A model generated the notes under the pieces. It made no database searches. It had not been told where the DNA came from and was given only the letters and a program-made list of their open reading frames with translations. Position numbers and translations under genes: made by a program. A DNA stretch of 64,000 nt from Candidatus Binatota bacterium (GTDB lineage Bacteria; Desulfobacterota; Binatia; UBA1149), in the NCBI GenBank assembly GCA_012960245.1, contig DUBO01000051.1, positions 60,887 through 124,886 on the forward strand. The letters run 5' to 3'. Shown piece after piece: positions 24,877 to 34,371 of this stretch (positions are counted from its first letter, which is position 1; each line of letters starts with the position of its first letter).

Positions 24877-26523
24877 GTGGTTCCCATTCGGTACAGGATC
24901 AGGTCGGCCGCGATTGCGTGCGCGCTCGTGTTGGCCATTGTGTTTACTGCCGCTTTGGCTACCGGGGCTGCCAGCGGGAGGATAGTCAACGGTACCGCGA
25001 CTTTTGACTATCCCGAGGTGGGAATGCTTCTGCACGGCAGCAACCCGTGGAACTCGGGCATGACCTGCAGCGGCACGCTTATCGGTTGTCGTAGTTTCCT
25101 GACCGCGGCCCACTGCGTCTGCCCTTGGTCCGGTGGGCAGTGCCAGGGAGCGGGCGCACCTTACAAGGGCCTGTACTCAGTTTACCTGCAGGGCTCAGGC
25201 GTGTACCGGGCTGAATCGGTGCTGGTGAACCCGGGCTACAGCTACCCTGTTGGCGATCTCGCGGTGGTGACCCTGGATCGCCCGGTAGAAGGAATTGTGC
25301 CCGCCGCGATGGTCGGCGTCACACCGGCCGTGGGCAGCGCGGCAGTATTGGTAGGCTATGGTCGCACCGACGGCGCGGCCTCTGATTTTGGCATCAAGCG
25401 GATGGGGGACGTCACCACGGTTGGCTGCGAATCGGGCTACGACAACGGCAACATCTGCTGGAACTTTGACGGCAGCACCTCGAATACTTGTCACGGCGAT
25501 TCCGGTGGCCCGCTGTTCGTTGACCAGGGAGATGGCCCGAGGCTGGCGGGCGTGACCTCGGGTGGTACCCGCTCCGACTGCGGTCCCGGTGATCACAGCT
25601 TTGACACCAGCGTCGCCGCCTGGGCTGACTGGGTGAACAGCATTGTCGATGAAGCCGCCGGCTGCGAAGGAGCCGAACAACAGGCAGCCGTGATTTTTGA
25701 CGCATCGGCCAACGTGGGCTTTGCTGATGCCCTCGCGGACAAGAAGGACCAGGACCACCACCAGTTTACCGTACCGGCTGGTTCGTCCGCGGTGGCAGCA
25801 ACCCTCAATTCCGTCGATGACAGTCACAGCGACCTGGACCTTTACCTGCGCGCAGGGGCGCCGGCAACCGAGGCTGACTTCGATTGCCGCAGTATTGGAG
25901 GTGGCCCGTTCGGCCACTGCTCGGTCACTGAACCCCTCGCTGGTGACTGGTACGCGATGGTTGCCTCTGCCAAGGGCGCAGCCGAGTACCAACTGCTGGC
26001 AGTGTCGCTGCCCAGTCCGGCATCGTCCTGCGGCGATGGGCTGCGCGAATACGGAGAAGAGTGTGACCAGGCCGACGACCAGGCCTGCCCAGGGCAGTGT
26101 GACTCGTCCTGTGCCTGTCCGCAGGCTTGTTCGGCTAATCTCTTCGAAGTTCGCAAGTTAGAGTCCCGTGGAGGGAGGCTTGCCCTCAAGGGTCTGCTCC
26201 TGGATTACTTTGGCGATTTTACCAGTGCAGATCCCAGGCTCAATCTATCTCTCGCCGAGGTTGGTGCCCCGGAGGGCCAGGGCTTGTTTATTGCCAGCGA
26301 CGATACCGGTTGGAACCGCTCGCGGCCGGGGCGCGGACGTTACACCTGGAAGGGAAGCGCCTACGGTCTACCCGCCAAGCTCAAACTAGTGGACCGGAGC
26401 CGTAGGAAGTCGGTCTGGAAAATCAGCGCTCGCTTGAGCCTTGACGGTGGCGATGTGGTCCCCGCGGCCAGCCTGCGACTGGACTTTGCCGGACTCTGCG
26501 CTCTTTCGAACGGCTCGCGCTGA
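24877..26523 (+). CDS. Secreted trypsin-like (S1 family) serine protease with a pre-peptidase C-terminal-like domain and a C-terminal myxo-type Cys repeat
   Basis: GTG start with a signal peptide. IVNG...TAAHCV (catalytic His) and GDSGGPLF (catalytic Ser ~25497). A PPC-like segment DHHQFTVPAGS...DLDLYLR. A C-terminal CGDGLREYGEECDQADDQACPGQCDSSCAC. Confidence 0.85.
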   Translation: MVPIRYRIRSAAIACALVLAIVFTAALATGAASGRIVNGTATFDYPEVGMLLHGSNPWNSGMTCSGTLIGCRSFLTAAHCVCPWSGGQCQGAGAPYKGLYSVYLQGSGVYRAESVLVNPGYSYPVGDLAVVTLDRPVEGIVPAAMVGVTPAVGSAAVLVGYGRTDGAASDFGIKRMGDVTTVGCESGYDNGNICWNFDGSTSNTCHGDSGGPLFVDQGDGPRLAGVTSGGTRSDCGPGDHSFDTSVAAWADWVNSIVDEAAGCEGAEQQAAVIFDASANVGFADALADKKDQDHHQFTVPAGSSAVAATLNSVDDSHSDLDLYLRAGAPATEADFDCRSIGGGPFGHCSVTEPLAGDWYAMVASAKGAAEYQLLAVSLPSPASSCGDGLREYGEECDQADDQACPGQCDSSCACPQACSANLFEVRKLESRGGRLALKGLLLDYFGDFTSADPRLNLSLAEVGAPEGQGLFIASDDTGWNRSRPGRGRYTWKGSAYGLPAKLKLVDRSRRKSVWKISARLSLDGGDVVPAASLRLDFAGLCALSNGSR

Positions 26524-26533
26524 GCGCTTTTTT
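26512..26533 (+). terminator. Weak GC stem plus T6 run immediately after the protease stop
   Basis: gcgcTGAgcgcTTTTTTgg; the stem is very short. Confidence 0.25.
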
Positions 26534-26566
26534 GGGCCGGTGGGCTGCGTGGGCCCGGGCGCTGTC

Positions 26567-26596
26567 TTGACTAGCGGGCTAAGCTGTCTCTATTGT
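26567..26596 (+). promoter_or_regulatory. Sigma70-like promoter candidate (TTGACT -35, 18-nt spacer, TATTGT -10) upstream of the FkbH-like gene
   Basis: Hexamers read directly from the sequence, ~30 nt upstream of the ATG at 26628. Confidence 0.35.
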
Positions 26597-26627
26597 CAAT
26601 GAGGTCGCCCGCGCGGCTGTTTCTCTC

Positions 26628-28487
26628 ATGGCAGGCAGCGACCATTCCAGGACCTTAAAAGAAAGCGTTCAGGCCTACCTGGCCGACGGTGACAAGGCTG
26701 CGGCCCATCGCCTGCTCGTTGAACGCTGCTTTGCAGGGGCCCCGGCCCACGAGTACCGCTGGTTGGCCGACCGGATGGCCGAGACTTCAGTTGATGCGGT
26801 TAGCTTGAAGGTCGCATTTCTTTCTACTTACACGGTTGAGCCCCTGCGCGAGCTTCTGCGCGCGCTCGCGCTGGCGCACGGGGTGACCGTGGAGCTCTAC
26901 TTCGGTGGCTTTGGCCAGCTGGAACAGGAGGTGCTGAAGCCGGGTAGTGGGCTCGCGGCGTTTAAACCCGATGCCGTGGTGCTGGCCTGGCGGCTTGAAG
27001 ACTTGCTGCCTGGCCTGTCCGGGGTCGGCGGTCGCGACGACGAAGACAGCGAGCTCGAGGCCCGCCTCGCTGTGTTGCTGGACGGGCTTGCCGACGGCTA
27101 CCGGGGGAGCACGGTACTGGCCCACACCTTTGATTGCCCAGCGGCTGTGCCCCTGGGGGTGGTCGACTACGAACAGCCCGGGGGGGTACGTGCGCGAGTC
27201 GAGCGCTTCAACGCAGTGCTTCGTCAATGCGCCGAGTCGAGGCCGGCGCTGCACCTGGTCGACACTGAGCGCGTGGCTCGGCGCGCGGGTGCCGCCTGGT
27301 TTCAACCCCGCCACTGGTACTCGGCGAGGGCACCGCACGGGCCGGCCGCCTTGCTGGAGCTGTCGCGCGAGTACGCAGCTTACCTGCGAGCGCTGGCCGG
27401 CAGGACGGCCAAGGTAGTGATGCTCGATCTCGACAACACGCTGTGGGGTGGGGTGCTGGGCGAAGACGGCGCCGATGGTGTTGAGCTGGGCCCCGACTAC
27501 CCGGGCAATGCTTTCGTGGCTTTCCAGCAGGAGCTCAAGGAGCTGGCGGCCCGCGGCGTGCTCCTGGTCCTCAACAGCAAGAACAACGAGGACGAAGTGC
27601 GAGGGCTCTTCGCTTCGCACCCCCACATGCTGCTGGGGTGGGGTGATTTTGCCGCTACCAGGGTCAACTGGCAGGACAAGGCGAGTAACACCGAGGAGCT
27701 GGCCGAAGAGCTGTCGCTGGGGCTGGACAGCTTTGTGTTCGTCGACGACAGCCCGCATGAGCTGGAGGTCGTTGGGTCGCGCTTACCGGGGGTGAGCACC
27801 GTGCAGGTGCCCGCCGAACCGGCCGAGCTGCCGGGCCTTCTCTCCCGCCGGGGCTACTTCGAATCCTTGTCGTTCAGCGCCGAAGATTCACGCCGCGGCG
27901 AACTCTACCGAGCCGAGGGAGAGCGTAAAACCCTGCGCGGCAGCAGTCGCTCGCTCGACGACTTCTACCGCTCTCTCAATATGCGATTGCGCGTGCACGA
28001 AGTGGGCGAGGGCGAACTGGTGCGGGTGGCCCAGCTCACGCAGAAGACCAACCAGTTCAACATGACAACGCGGCGTTACAGCGAAGCCGAGACCGCGTTG
28101 TTGTTGAATGACGATGCTACCGCCGTACGAGCTTTCTCGCTGGTCGATCGTTTTGGTGACAGCGGCATTGTCTCGGTCGTTATCGCGCGCGAGGGCTCCA
28201 AGGCATGGGAGCTGGACAGTTTTCTCATGAGCTGTCGGGTCATAGGCCGCACGGTCGAGACCGCCATCCTGGCGCTGATTGCCGACGAGGCCCGTGCTGC
28301 CGGTGCCGGTGCACTGGTCGGTGATTTTTTACCCACGAAAAAAAACGCACCGGCCTCCGGTGTCTACGAAGCTCATGGATTTGTTGAAAGCGGTGGTGCC
28401 GACAGCGAGGGGGGACAACGCTGGAGTCTGGACCTCGGCAGCGACTCGGTGCCTCGGGTGCCTGCCTGGATAGAGATAGCCGACTGA
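26628..28487 (+). CDS. HAD-IIIC / FkbH-like domain protein with a C-terminal GNAT-like acyltransferase domain
   Basis: KVVMLDLDNTLWGGVLGEDG...VLLVLNSKNNEDEV...FVFVDDSPHE matches the FkbH-like HAD motifs I-III. The C-terminal ~150 aa looks like a GNAT fold. Confidence 0.7.
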   Translation: MAGSDHSRTLKESVQAYLADGDKAAAHRLLVERCFAGAPAHEYRWLADRMAETSVDAVSLKVAFLSTYTVEPLRELLRALALAHGVTVELYFGGFGQLEQEVLKPGSGLAAFKPDAVVLAWRLEDLLPGLSGVGGRDDEDSELEARLAVLLDGLADGYRGSTVLAHTFDCPAAVPLGVVDYEQPGGVRARVERFNAVLRQCAESRPALHLVDTERVARRAGAAWFQPRHWYSARAPHGPAALLELSREYAAYLRALAGRTAKVVMLDLDNTLWGGVLGEDGADGVELGPDYPGNAFVAFQQELKELAARGVLLVLNSKNNEDEVRGLFASHPHMLLGWGDFAATRVNWQDKASNTEELAEELSLGLDSFVFVDDSPHELEVVGSRLPGVSTVQVPAEPAELPGLLSRRGYFESLSFSAEDSRRGELYRAEGERKTLRGSSRSLDDFYRSLNMRLRVHEVGEGELVRVAQLTQKTNQFNMTTRRYSEAETALLLNDDATAVRAFSLVDRFGDSGIVSVVIAREGSKAWELDSFLMSCRVIGRTVETAILALIADEARAAGAGALVGDFLPTKKNAPASGVYEAHGFVESGGADSEGGQRWSLDLGSDSVPRVPAWIEIAD

Positions 28488-28493
28488 ACCCGG

Positions 28494-29771
28494 TCAGGCT
28501 GCGCGGCTCGCGTGCTCGCTGCTACGCGCCGCGGCTGCGCGAGACATGCCGGTCGAGTCCAGCGCGTGGCCAATGAAATCGTTGACGCCCTGGTCGAGGT
28601 TGAACGACAGGTGCGTGCCCTGGTACCAGTGCAGGTTCGGTCGCTCCCAGTGGTGCCAGAGCTCGTTGACCTGTCCGCGAGAAACCAATCGATCCGCCAC
28701 GCCCGCAAATATGTGTCGCCCGCGGTGAGGCGTCCGGCAGGGCAGGGACATCGGTGAGATCACTCGCTGGAGGTTGTCGATCATCGTCCAGTTGACCCCC
28801 GCGCGCTCGAGCCAGGTGCGCACAGAGGCAGGCAGGTGCTCACGCGCCAGTGCCGAAAAACTGGTGGCGGGAATGCCGGCAATCACGCAGTCGAGCGCGC
28901 CGTCGAGGCTGCTCAGCAGCGAGGCGTGGTAGCCGCCCAGCGATATGCCGTAAGCGCCCGTCGACACCGCTTCGCCGGGTCCACGGACCCAGCTGAGCAG
29001 GCGGCGTAGATCCCAGATACCCTGCGATACCGCGAACAGCGTGTCCATGGAGTCGGCGACCATGAATCCCTCGCCGCTGCGATGGCGCCCGGCGCGCGGA
29101 CCGTGCAGGGGCAGTACGGGCATGACCAGGTTCAGCCCCAGCTCTTCGTGCAGGTAGCGGGCGTGGAAGGCCGCAAGCCCGGCCGAGGCCTGGCCCATGC
29201 GGTAGCCGTGTATGCACATCAGCCACGGCCGCGGGCGGTCGTGGTGTCGCAGCAGCCAGGCGTGTCCCTTACGGTTTGCGCTGCGGGCCAGCCAGCGGTC
29301 GGCGCCCGGCTCGCCGCTGCGCGGCTGGTAGTCACTGTCAAACTGCAGGTGCTCGACGTCGAGCCCCAGAACCCTGCGGCGAAAAATCTGCGGCGAAGTG
29401 ATCGGCGGTGGCTGGCGGTGGTAGAGAGCAGGATTGGCGCTCCAACCACGTGACTCGTACAACGCAGCTGCCTCCTGAAACTCACCTCGCACGCGGTGCA
29501 ATTCGGCGGCAGAGGGCAGGGGGAGGTTGGGTACGAGCATCGCCCGGACGGTTTCGTCTATGGCGACCTTTACGGCCATCGACAGGTTGGGTTTGACCAG
29601 CGGCATACCGTCACCGGGGCCACCGAGGCCGGCGAGATCGCGCCAGCTCAGGGCCATAAAGCCAGCCGTTCGCAGTCCCGGCATCGCGAGCGTAGCGCCG
29701 CGCTCGGCAATGTGCGCCAGCCTGCGTGCGAAATCGCTGTTGAGTACAGAAGCCTTGCTTGAAAAAGCCAC
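28494..29771 (-). CDS. Alpha/beta hydrolase fold protein (esterase/lipase-like)
   Basis: GISLGGY nucleophile elbow (GxSxG). Upstream HG-like oxyanion motif in WLMCIHGYRMG. Confidence 0.6.
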   Translation of the reverse strand: MAFSSKASVLNSDFARRLAHIAERGATLAMPGLRTAGFMALSWRDLAGLGGPGDGMPLVKPNLSMAVKVAIDETVRAMLVPNLPLPSAAELHRVRGEFQEAAALYESRGWSANPALYHRQPPPITSPQIFRRRVLGLDVEHLQFDSDYQPRSGEPGADRWLARSANRKGHAWLLRHHDRPRPWLMCIHGYRMGQASAGLAAFHARYLHEELGLNLVMPVLPLHGPRAGRHRSGEGFMVADSMDTLFAVSQGIWDLRRLLSWVRGPGEAVSTGAYGISLGGYHASLLSSLDGALDCVIAGIPATSFSALAREHLPASVRTWLERAGVNWTMIDNLQRVISPMSLPCRTPHRGRHIFAGVADRLVSRGQVNELWHHWERPNLHWYQGTHLSFNLDQGVNDFIGHALDSTGMSRAAAARSSEHASRAA

Positions 29772-29894
29772 GATTCACCCATGCTAGCCGACAGGGGGGC
29801 TGACTTCTATGGACTGTTCTGAGCTTTACCCGCGTGGCCTTTTTTCACGTTGTTTTACGGGTGGTTCGCAGCGAAAATATTTGGGGCAGCGGGC

Positions 29895-30641
29895 TTAGAA
29901 ACTCTCGCTCCACGGCCTCAGGTCAAGCTCGTGGGTCCACGCTGAGCGTGGTTGCAGGTGTACGTTCCACAGTGCATCGGCAATGGCGTCGGGGTCGAGC
30001 ATGCCACTTTCACCCTTCTGCTCTGCGAGGTCTGGAAAACGAGAGAGCAGGCGCTCGCCCGCGATACCGCCATCGACCAACATGTGGACAACGTGCAAGC
30101 CTTTCGGGCCCAGCTCCCTGGCCATGGACTGGGCCACCATTCTCAGGCCGGCCTTGGCCGCGGCAAAGGCACCGAAGGCAGCGCTGCCGCGCAGCGAAGC
30201 GCTCGCCCCGGTAAAGCTGATGGTGCCGCCCGCGGGAAGCATGCGTCGCGCTGCCTCGCGTCCGACCAGAAAGCCGCCGAGGCAGCCTACCTTCCAGGCT
30301 TTTTCGAAAACCGCTGTTTCGGTGTCTACGAAAGGCGATATGACGGCGTTGCCGGCGTTGTAGGCAACCAGCACCGGCGGTGACGACGCGTCGGCCTGCA
30401 CGCGGTCGAACAGGGCTGCTACCTGCTCTTCCCGGGTGGTATCGGTGGCCACGGCGACCGCTCGGCCGCCCTTGGCCGCTATGTCTTCGGCCAGTTCTTC
30501 GAGGCGCGAGAGAGTACGGCCGGCGGCATAAACCGTGGCCCCCGACGCTGCCGCCCGTCGGCAGATTGCTGCGCCCAGGCCACGCGCGGCTCCGACGCCG
30601 ACCACTACTACCGACTGTTGCTCAGGCACGGGTGCCACCAT
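29895..30641 (-). CDS. Short-chain dehydrogenase/reductase (SDR) family oxidoreductase
   Basis: N-terminal VVVVGVGAARGLGAAI Rossmann motif. YNAGN segment. About 250 aa. Confidence 0.7.
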   Translation of the reverse strand: MVAPVPEQQSVVVVGVGAARGLGAAICRRAAASGATVYAAGRTLSRLEELAEDIAAKGGRAVAVATDTTREEQVAALFDRVQADASSPPVLVAYNAGNAVISPFVDTETAVFEKAWKVGCLGGFLVGREAARRMLPAGGTISFTGASASLRGSAAFGAFAAAKAGLRMVAQSMARELGPKGLHVVHMLVDGGIAGERLLSRFPDLAEQKGESGMLDPDAIADALWNVHLQPRSAWTHELDLRPWSESF

Positions 30642-31371
30642 CCACGCGTATGTATTCGCCGTTGATGTGGATGCCGTCTTCGGAAACCAACATGGCCACC
30701 ACTCCTGCCACGGCTTCGGGCGGTCGTGCCCCGGTGAGCGACATTACCCGGTAGAGCAACTTGAGGTCAGCTCCCTCGGGAAATACGAAGTTCTCGGTCA
30801 TGCCCGAAGTGATGTCGCCCGGGCAGATCGCGTTTATTCTCAGGCCGCGCTTTCCGTATTCGACCGCCAGGGTGTAAGTCAGCGCCAGCACGCCGCCCTT
30901 CGATGCAGCGTAGGCAAGCGAAAACGGCTGTCCGCTCAGGCCGGCGATGGATGCCATGTTGACGATAGCGCCCTTCGTTTCGACGAGGTGGGGGAGCGCA
31001 GCCTGACACATGAGGAAGGTGCCGGTGAGATTGATGTCAATCATGCGCTGCCAGATTTTAAGGCTGACGTTGGAGGCTATGTCGGCGTGCAGCACACCGG
31101 CTATGTTGCAGAGCGCGTCGAGTCCGCCGTGACGTTGCACGGCCGCGTCCACGCAGGCGTCCACCTGCTCGGGATCGGCCACGTTGCAGATCATCGCCGA
31201 CGCTGTTCCGCCGTCAGCGCTTATGCTCTCGCAGGTGGCCGCGAGACCAGCCTCGTCGACGTCGCTCGCCAGTATCTTCGCGCCCTCTGACGCCAGCCTG
31301 ATGGCGGTGGCACGGCCTATGCCCGAGGCGGCGCCGGTAACAAGTATTGATTTTTTAACTAAGCGTTCCAT
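30622..31371 (-). CDS. SDR family oxidoreductase (3-oxoacyl-ACP reductase-like)
   Basis: Start chosen at MERLVKKSILVTGAASGIGRA (TGxxxGIG). NIAG and YAASKGG catalytic YxxxK. The long N-extension in the ORF track is probably spurious. Confidence 0.75.
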   Translation of the reverse strand: MERLVKKSILVTGAASGIGRATAIRLASEGAKILASDVDEAGLAATCESISADGGTASAMICNVADPEQVDACVDAAVQRHGGLDALCNIAGVLHADIASNVSLKIWQRMIDINLTGTFLMCQAALPHLVETKGAIVNMASIAGLSGQPFSLAYAASKGGVLALTYTLAVEYGKRGLRINAICPGDITSGMTENFVFPEGADLKLLYRVMSLTGARPPEAVAGVVAMLVSEDGIHINGEYIRVDGGTRA

Positions 31372-31385
31372 GCCTGGATGTTCTC

Positions 31386-33566
31386 CTACCAGAGGTAATG
31401 TAGCCCGGCCGACAGCGTACGCCGCTGACCCGGTTGAATGTAGTGGTCGTCGTCGCTGTCCGCCACGACGGTGGAAACGTGGCGCCGGTCGAGCAGGTTT
31501 TCTACTTCCAGCGTGATTTCGAGCTGCTCGTTCAGTTGCCAACCGGCGGCGAGGCTGTACAGTTCCCAGCCGGGTACCGCTTGCGTGCCGAGGCCATTGG
31601 CCGAGTAGTCGTTGACAAACTCCATGCCCGCGCGCGCCCAGCAACCGTCCTCGTGCTGGTAATCGAGGGCCACGCCGCCAAAGCGTGGCGGCACCGCCGG
31701 CATCTCGTTATCGCCGTACAGCGGGTCGTCGACGTAGTGAAATTCCACTGCGTTAAGGGTCAGTGACAGTTCCAGGCTGTCGTCGCCAGCACGTCCGCGG
31801 CGCTGGGCCAGCCCCCGCGCCAGCAGCAGGTCCAGGCCCAGCTCAATTCCCTGGTGCCGGGAGGCTGACACGTTGGTGAAACCGGGTATCGTGAAACCGG
31901 CGCCGGGAAAGGGAGTGGTGTTGATGTTTATTATCTCGTTGCGCAACTCGCTGTCGTAAACGGCGAGGTCCCATCGCAGCCGTTCGCCCTGCTGGCCGCG
32001 CCAGCCGGCTTCGAACAGCCAGGCGCGTTGTGGTCGCAGGGTGTCGAGATCGCTCTCGAGGTTTCCGGTCGACGTTATCTCGAGCAGCACTGCCGGCTCG
32101 TAGCTGTGCGACGCTGACAGGTAGACGTGGTGATTTTCGCGCGGGTGCCAGGAGAGTCCCAGCGACGGCGAGGCCGACCAGTAGTGGGTCCCGTCGTAGT
32201 CGTCCGACAGTCGGTCTTCGCGCGAGCGGTGCGAGTACTGCACGCGCGCCCCCAGGTCGAGGTCAACGCGCTGGCCCAGGCGGATGGACTGGTCGGCGTA
32301 AAAAGCCGCGTTAATGGCTTCGCCGACGAAGCGGCTGCGCAGGTCGCCACGCAGTCCGCCGTTGGCGCGGTAGAGTGAGCGCAGCTGGTGAGCCCTGGCC
32401 AGTTTAACCCCGGCGTCCAGTCGCCGAAGTCGCGAATCCGCGTCGCCCCGCGACAGCAGCCTCGCCTCGGCCGAGAGGTTGTCGAGCTGCCAGTCGATTA
32501 CACCAAAACTGAGAGGCTGGTCCATGTCTTCGTAAGCGGCTTGTCCAAACAACGACAGGGTGGACGACGGCGATAGCGGCACGTCCAGTCGGCCGGCGGC
32601 GCGGTAGTACTCGAGATCTCGCGCCGCGCCCTGGTCAACGTAACTCTGCTCGGCCGCGCGGTCGTCGATGGAATAACTGTCGGTGCAGGGCGCCGGCGGT
32701 GCGGGGCAAGTGGGCGTGAGAGCACCGGGCAGGTCGGTGTTGCTGTGCGCGTAAATGAAATCGCCTCTCAAGGAGCGGCCTTGTTCAAGGCGTCGTCCCA
32801 GTGACGCGTACACGCGCTGCCGGTCCCAGGCCGAGTGGCGGCGAAAGCCACCGCTACTGCTATGGCTGACGGCCAACAGCGAGTCCGTGTTCTCGTCGGC
32901 GTGGCCGGTGCTGACGTGAAGCTTACTGGTGTCCCAGCTACCGGACTCAAGCCAGGCTTCGCTCCCCGAACTCCCGTTGCCGGCAAGATCGTGGCCGGTG
33001 CGGGAGATCATGTTGATCGCACCACCGAGGGTGTCGCCGCCCCAGCGCCGGGCCTCGCCCCCGCGATAGACTTCAACCCTTCGCAGGTTGAGCAGGTCTA
33101 GGGCCTCGGTCTCGGTAAAACCGTCGGCACCGGTGAACGGAAAGCCATCGATGAGTACGGTCACGCCGCGTAGGCCGAAATTGCTGCGCAAACCCGAGCC
33201 CCTGATGGACAAGCGTTCCTGCTCGCCTGTGTAGCGACGCAGCAGGAGCAGGCCCGGTACCCCGGCAAGCACGTCCTTGAGGTCGCGCGCGCCTGATTTT
33301 TCGATATTTTCGCGGCCGACGAGGCTCACGCCACCCGGGCGCTGCTCGATCAGAAGGCGCGCGCTCTCTTCGTCGGCGAGGCGGTCATCGGCCAGGCGGT
33401 CGTCGTCGACCAGCACGGTCGGAAGCAGGGCGGCTTCTTCGCCGGCGGCGGCTTCTTCGCCGCCGGCCACCCCTGGCGACGCTGTCACGAGTGCAACCAG
33501 GCCGAGCGAGGCGAAGATAACAATGCGAAAACAAGATGCTGCAGGTAAGGCCAATTGAATTTTCAC
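31386..33566 (-). CDS. TonB-dependent outer-membrane receptor
   Basis: Signal peptide. Plug-domain motifs (VYRGG...GGAINMISR). C-terminal beta-barrel ending ...AGLHYLW with an aromatic terminal residue. Confidence 0.8.
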   Translation of the reverse strand: MKIQLALPAASCFRIVIFASLGLVALVTASPGVAGGEEAAAGEEAALLPTVLVDDDRLADDRLADEESARLLIEQRPGGVSLVGRENIEKSGARDLKDVLAGVPGLLLLRRYTGEQERLSIRGSGLRSNFGLRGVTVLIDGFPFTGADGFTETEALDLLNLRRVEVYRGGEARRWGGDTLGGAINMISRTGHDLAGNGSSGSEAWLESGSWDTSKLHVSTGHADENTDSLLAVSHSSSGGFRRHSAWDRQRVYASLGRRLEQGRSLRGDFIYAHSNTDLPGALTPTCPAPPAPCTDSYSIDDRAAEQSYVDQGAARDLEYYRAAGRLDVPLSPSSTLSLFGQAAYEDMDQPLSFGVIDWQLDNLSAEARLLSRGDADSRLRRLDAGVKLARAHQLRSLYRANGGLRGDLRSRFVGEAINAAFYADQSIRLGQRVDLDLGARVQYSHRSREDRLSDDYDGTHYWSASPSLGLSWHPRENHHVYLSASHSYEPAVLLEITSTGNLESDLDTLRPQRAWLFEAGWRGQQGERLRWDLAVYDSELRNEIININTTPFPGAGFTIPGFTNVSASRHQGIELGLDLLLARGLAQRRGRAGDDSLELSLTLNAVEFHYVDDPLYGDNEMPAVPPRFGGVALDYQHEDGCWARAGMEFVNDYSANGLGTQAVPGWELYSLAAGWQLNEQLEITLEVENLLDRRHVSTVVADSDDDHYIQPGQRRTLSAGLHYLW

Positions 33567-33651
33567 GAGTTTTTTAAAGCGACTCCCGTGGGCACGCGGG
33601 GCCGTGGGTTTCGTCGCTCGGGCCGCGCAGCTATATCACGGGGGCGGCTGC

Positions 33652-34338
33652 ATGAAACAAGAACCCCCAGTTCCGGGCCAGGTAGATGTGGCCAGCATAG
33701 GTGAAGACGTACCCCTGCTCGAGGGCATACGTACCACCTTGTCGATACGGCGGTTGCGCCCCGATCCGGTTCCGTCGGGCTTGCTGCGCAAGGTCTGCGA
33801 GGCGGGGACTTTTGCGCCCAGTGGCGGTAACCGCCAGCCCTGGACTTTCGTGGCCGTGACCGAGCCCGAACGCAGGGCCTGGGTGGCCGAACGCTACCGT
33901 GCCGCCTTTGACGCCTACATAGCGCCGGCCCGCGAGGCGGCCGAGGCGCCTGATTTTCCGGCTGCGAGGCGGCGTAACATAGAATCGGCCGCCTGGTTGT
34001 CCGATCACCTGCACGAAGTGCCCGTGCATCTTTTCGTGGCCGGTCGGCTGCGCCGCGGTGACCCGCAGTTCCAGTCGGTGTTTCCGGCCATACAGAACGT
34101 GTTGTTGGCCTGCCGTGCGGTTGGACTGGGTGCCTGCCTGACGATGCTGCACCTGGCCCACGGTCGCCAGGTGGACGAGTACCTGGGCTTGGCCGAGGAC
34201 AACCCGAGCTGCGCCCTGATAGCCGTGGGCTGGCCGGCGGTCGCCTACCGTCGGCCCGTACGCAGGTCCGTGGACGAGGTGCTGCATTTTGAACGCTACC
34301 GCGATGCCAACGAGAAAGACGGGAAGAAAAAAACTTGA
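33652..34338 (+). CDS. Nitroreductase family protein
   Basis: KVCEAGTFAPSGGNRQPWTF is the nitroreductase FMN-binding signature. Start taken at MKQEP. Confidence 0.7.
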   Translation: MKQEPPVPGQVDVASIGEDVPLLEGIRTTLSIRRLRPDPVPSGLLRKVCEAGTFAPSGGNRQPWTFVAVTEPERRAWVAERYRAAFDAYIAPAREAAEAPDFPAARRRNIESAAWLSDHLHEVPVHLFVAGRLRRGDPQFQSVFPAIQNVLLACRAVGLGACLTMLHLAHGRQVDEYLGLAEDNPSCALIAVGWPAVAYRRPVRRSVDEVLHFERYRDANEKDGKKKT

Positions 34339-34371
34339 AAGGACTGCCACGGGCAGGATGAGGCAGGCAGG

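Noticed and set aside
26787-27758. 323-aa minus-strand ORF overlapping the FkbH-like gene
   Set aside because: It is antisense to conserved HAD motifs and has no motifs of its own.
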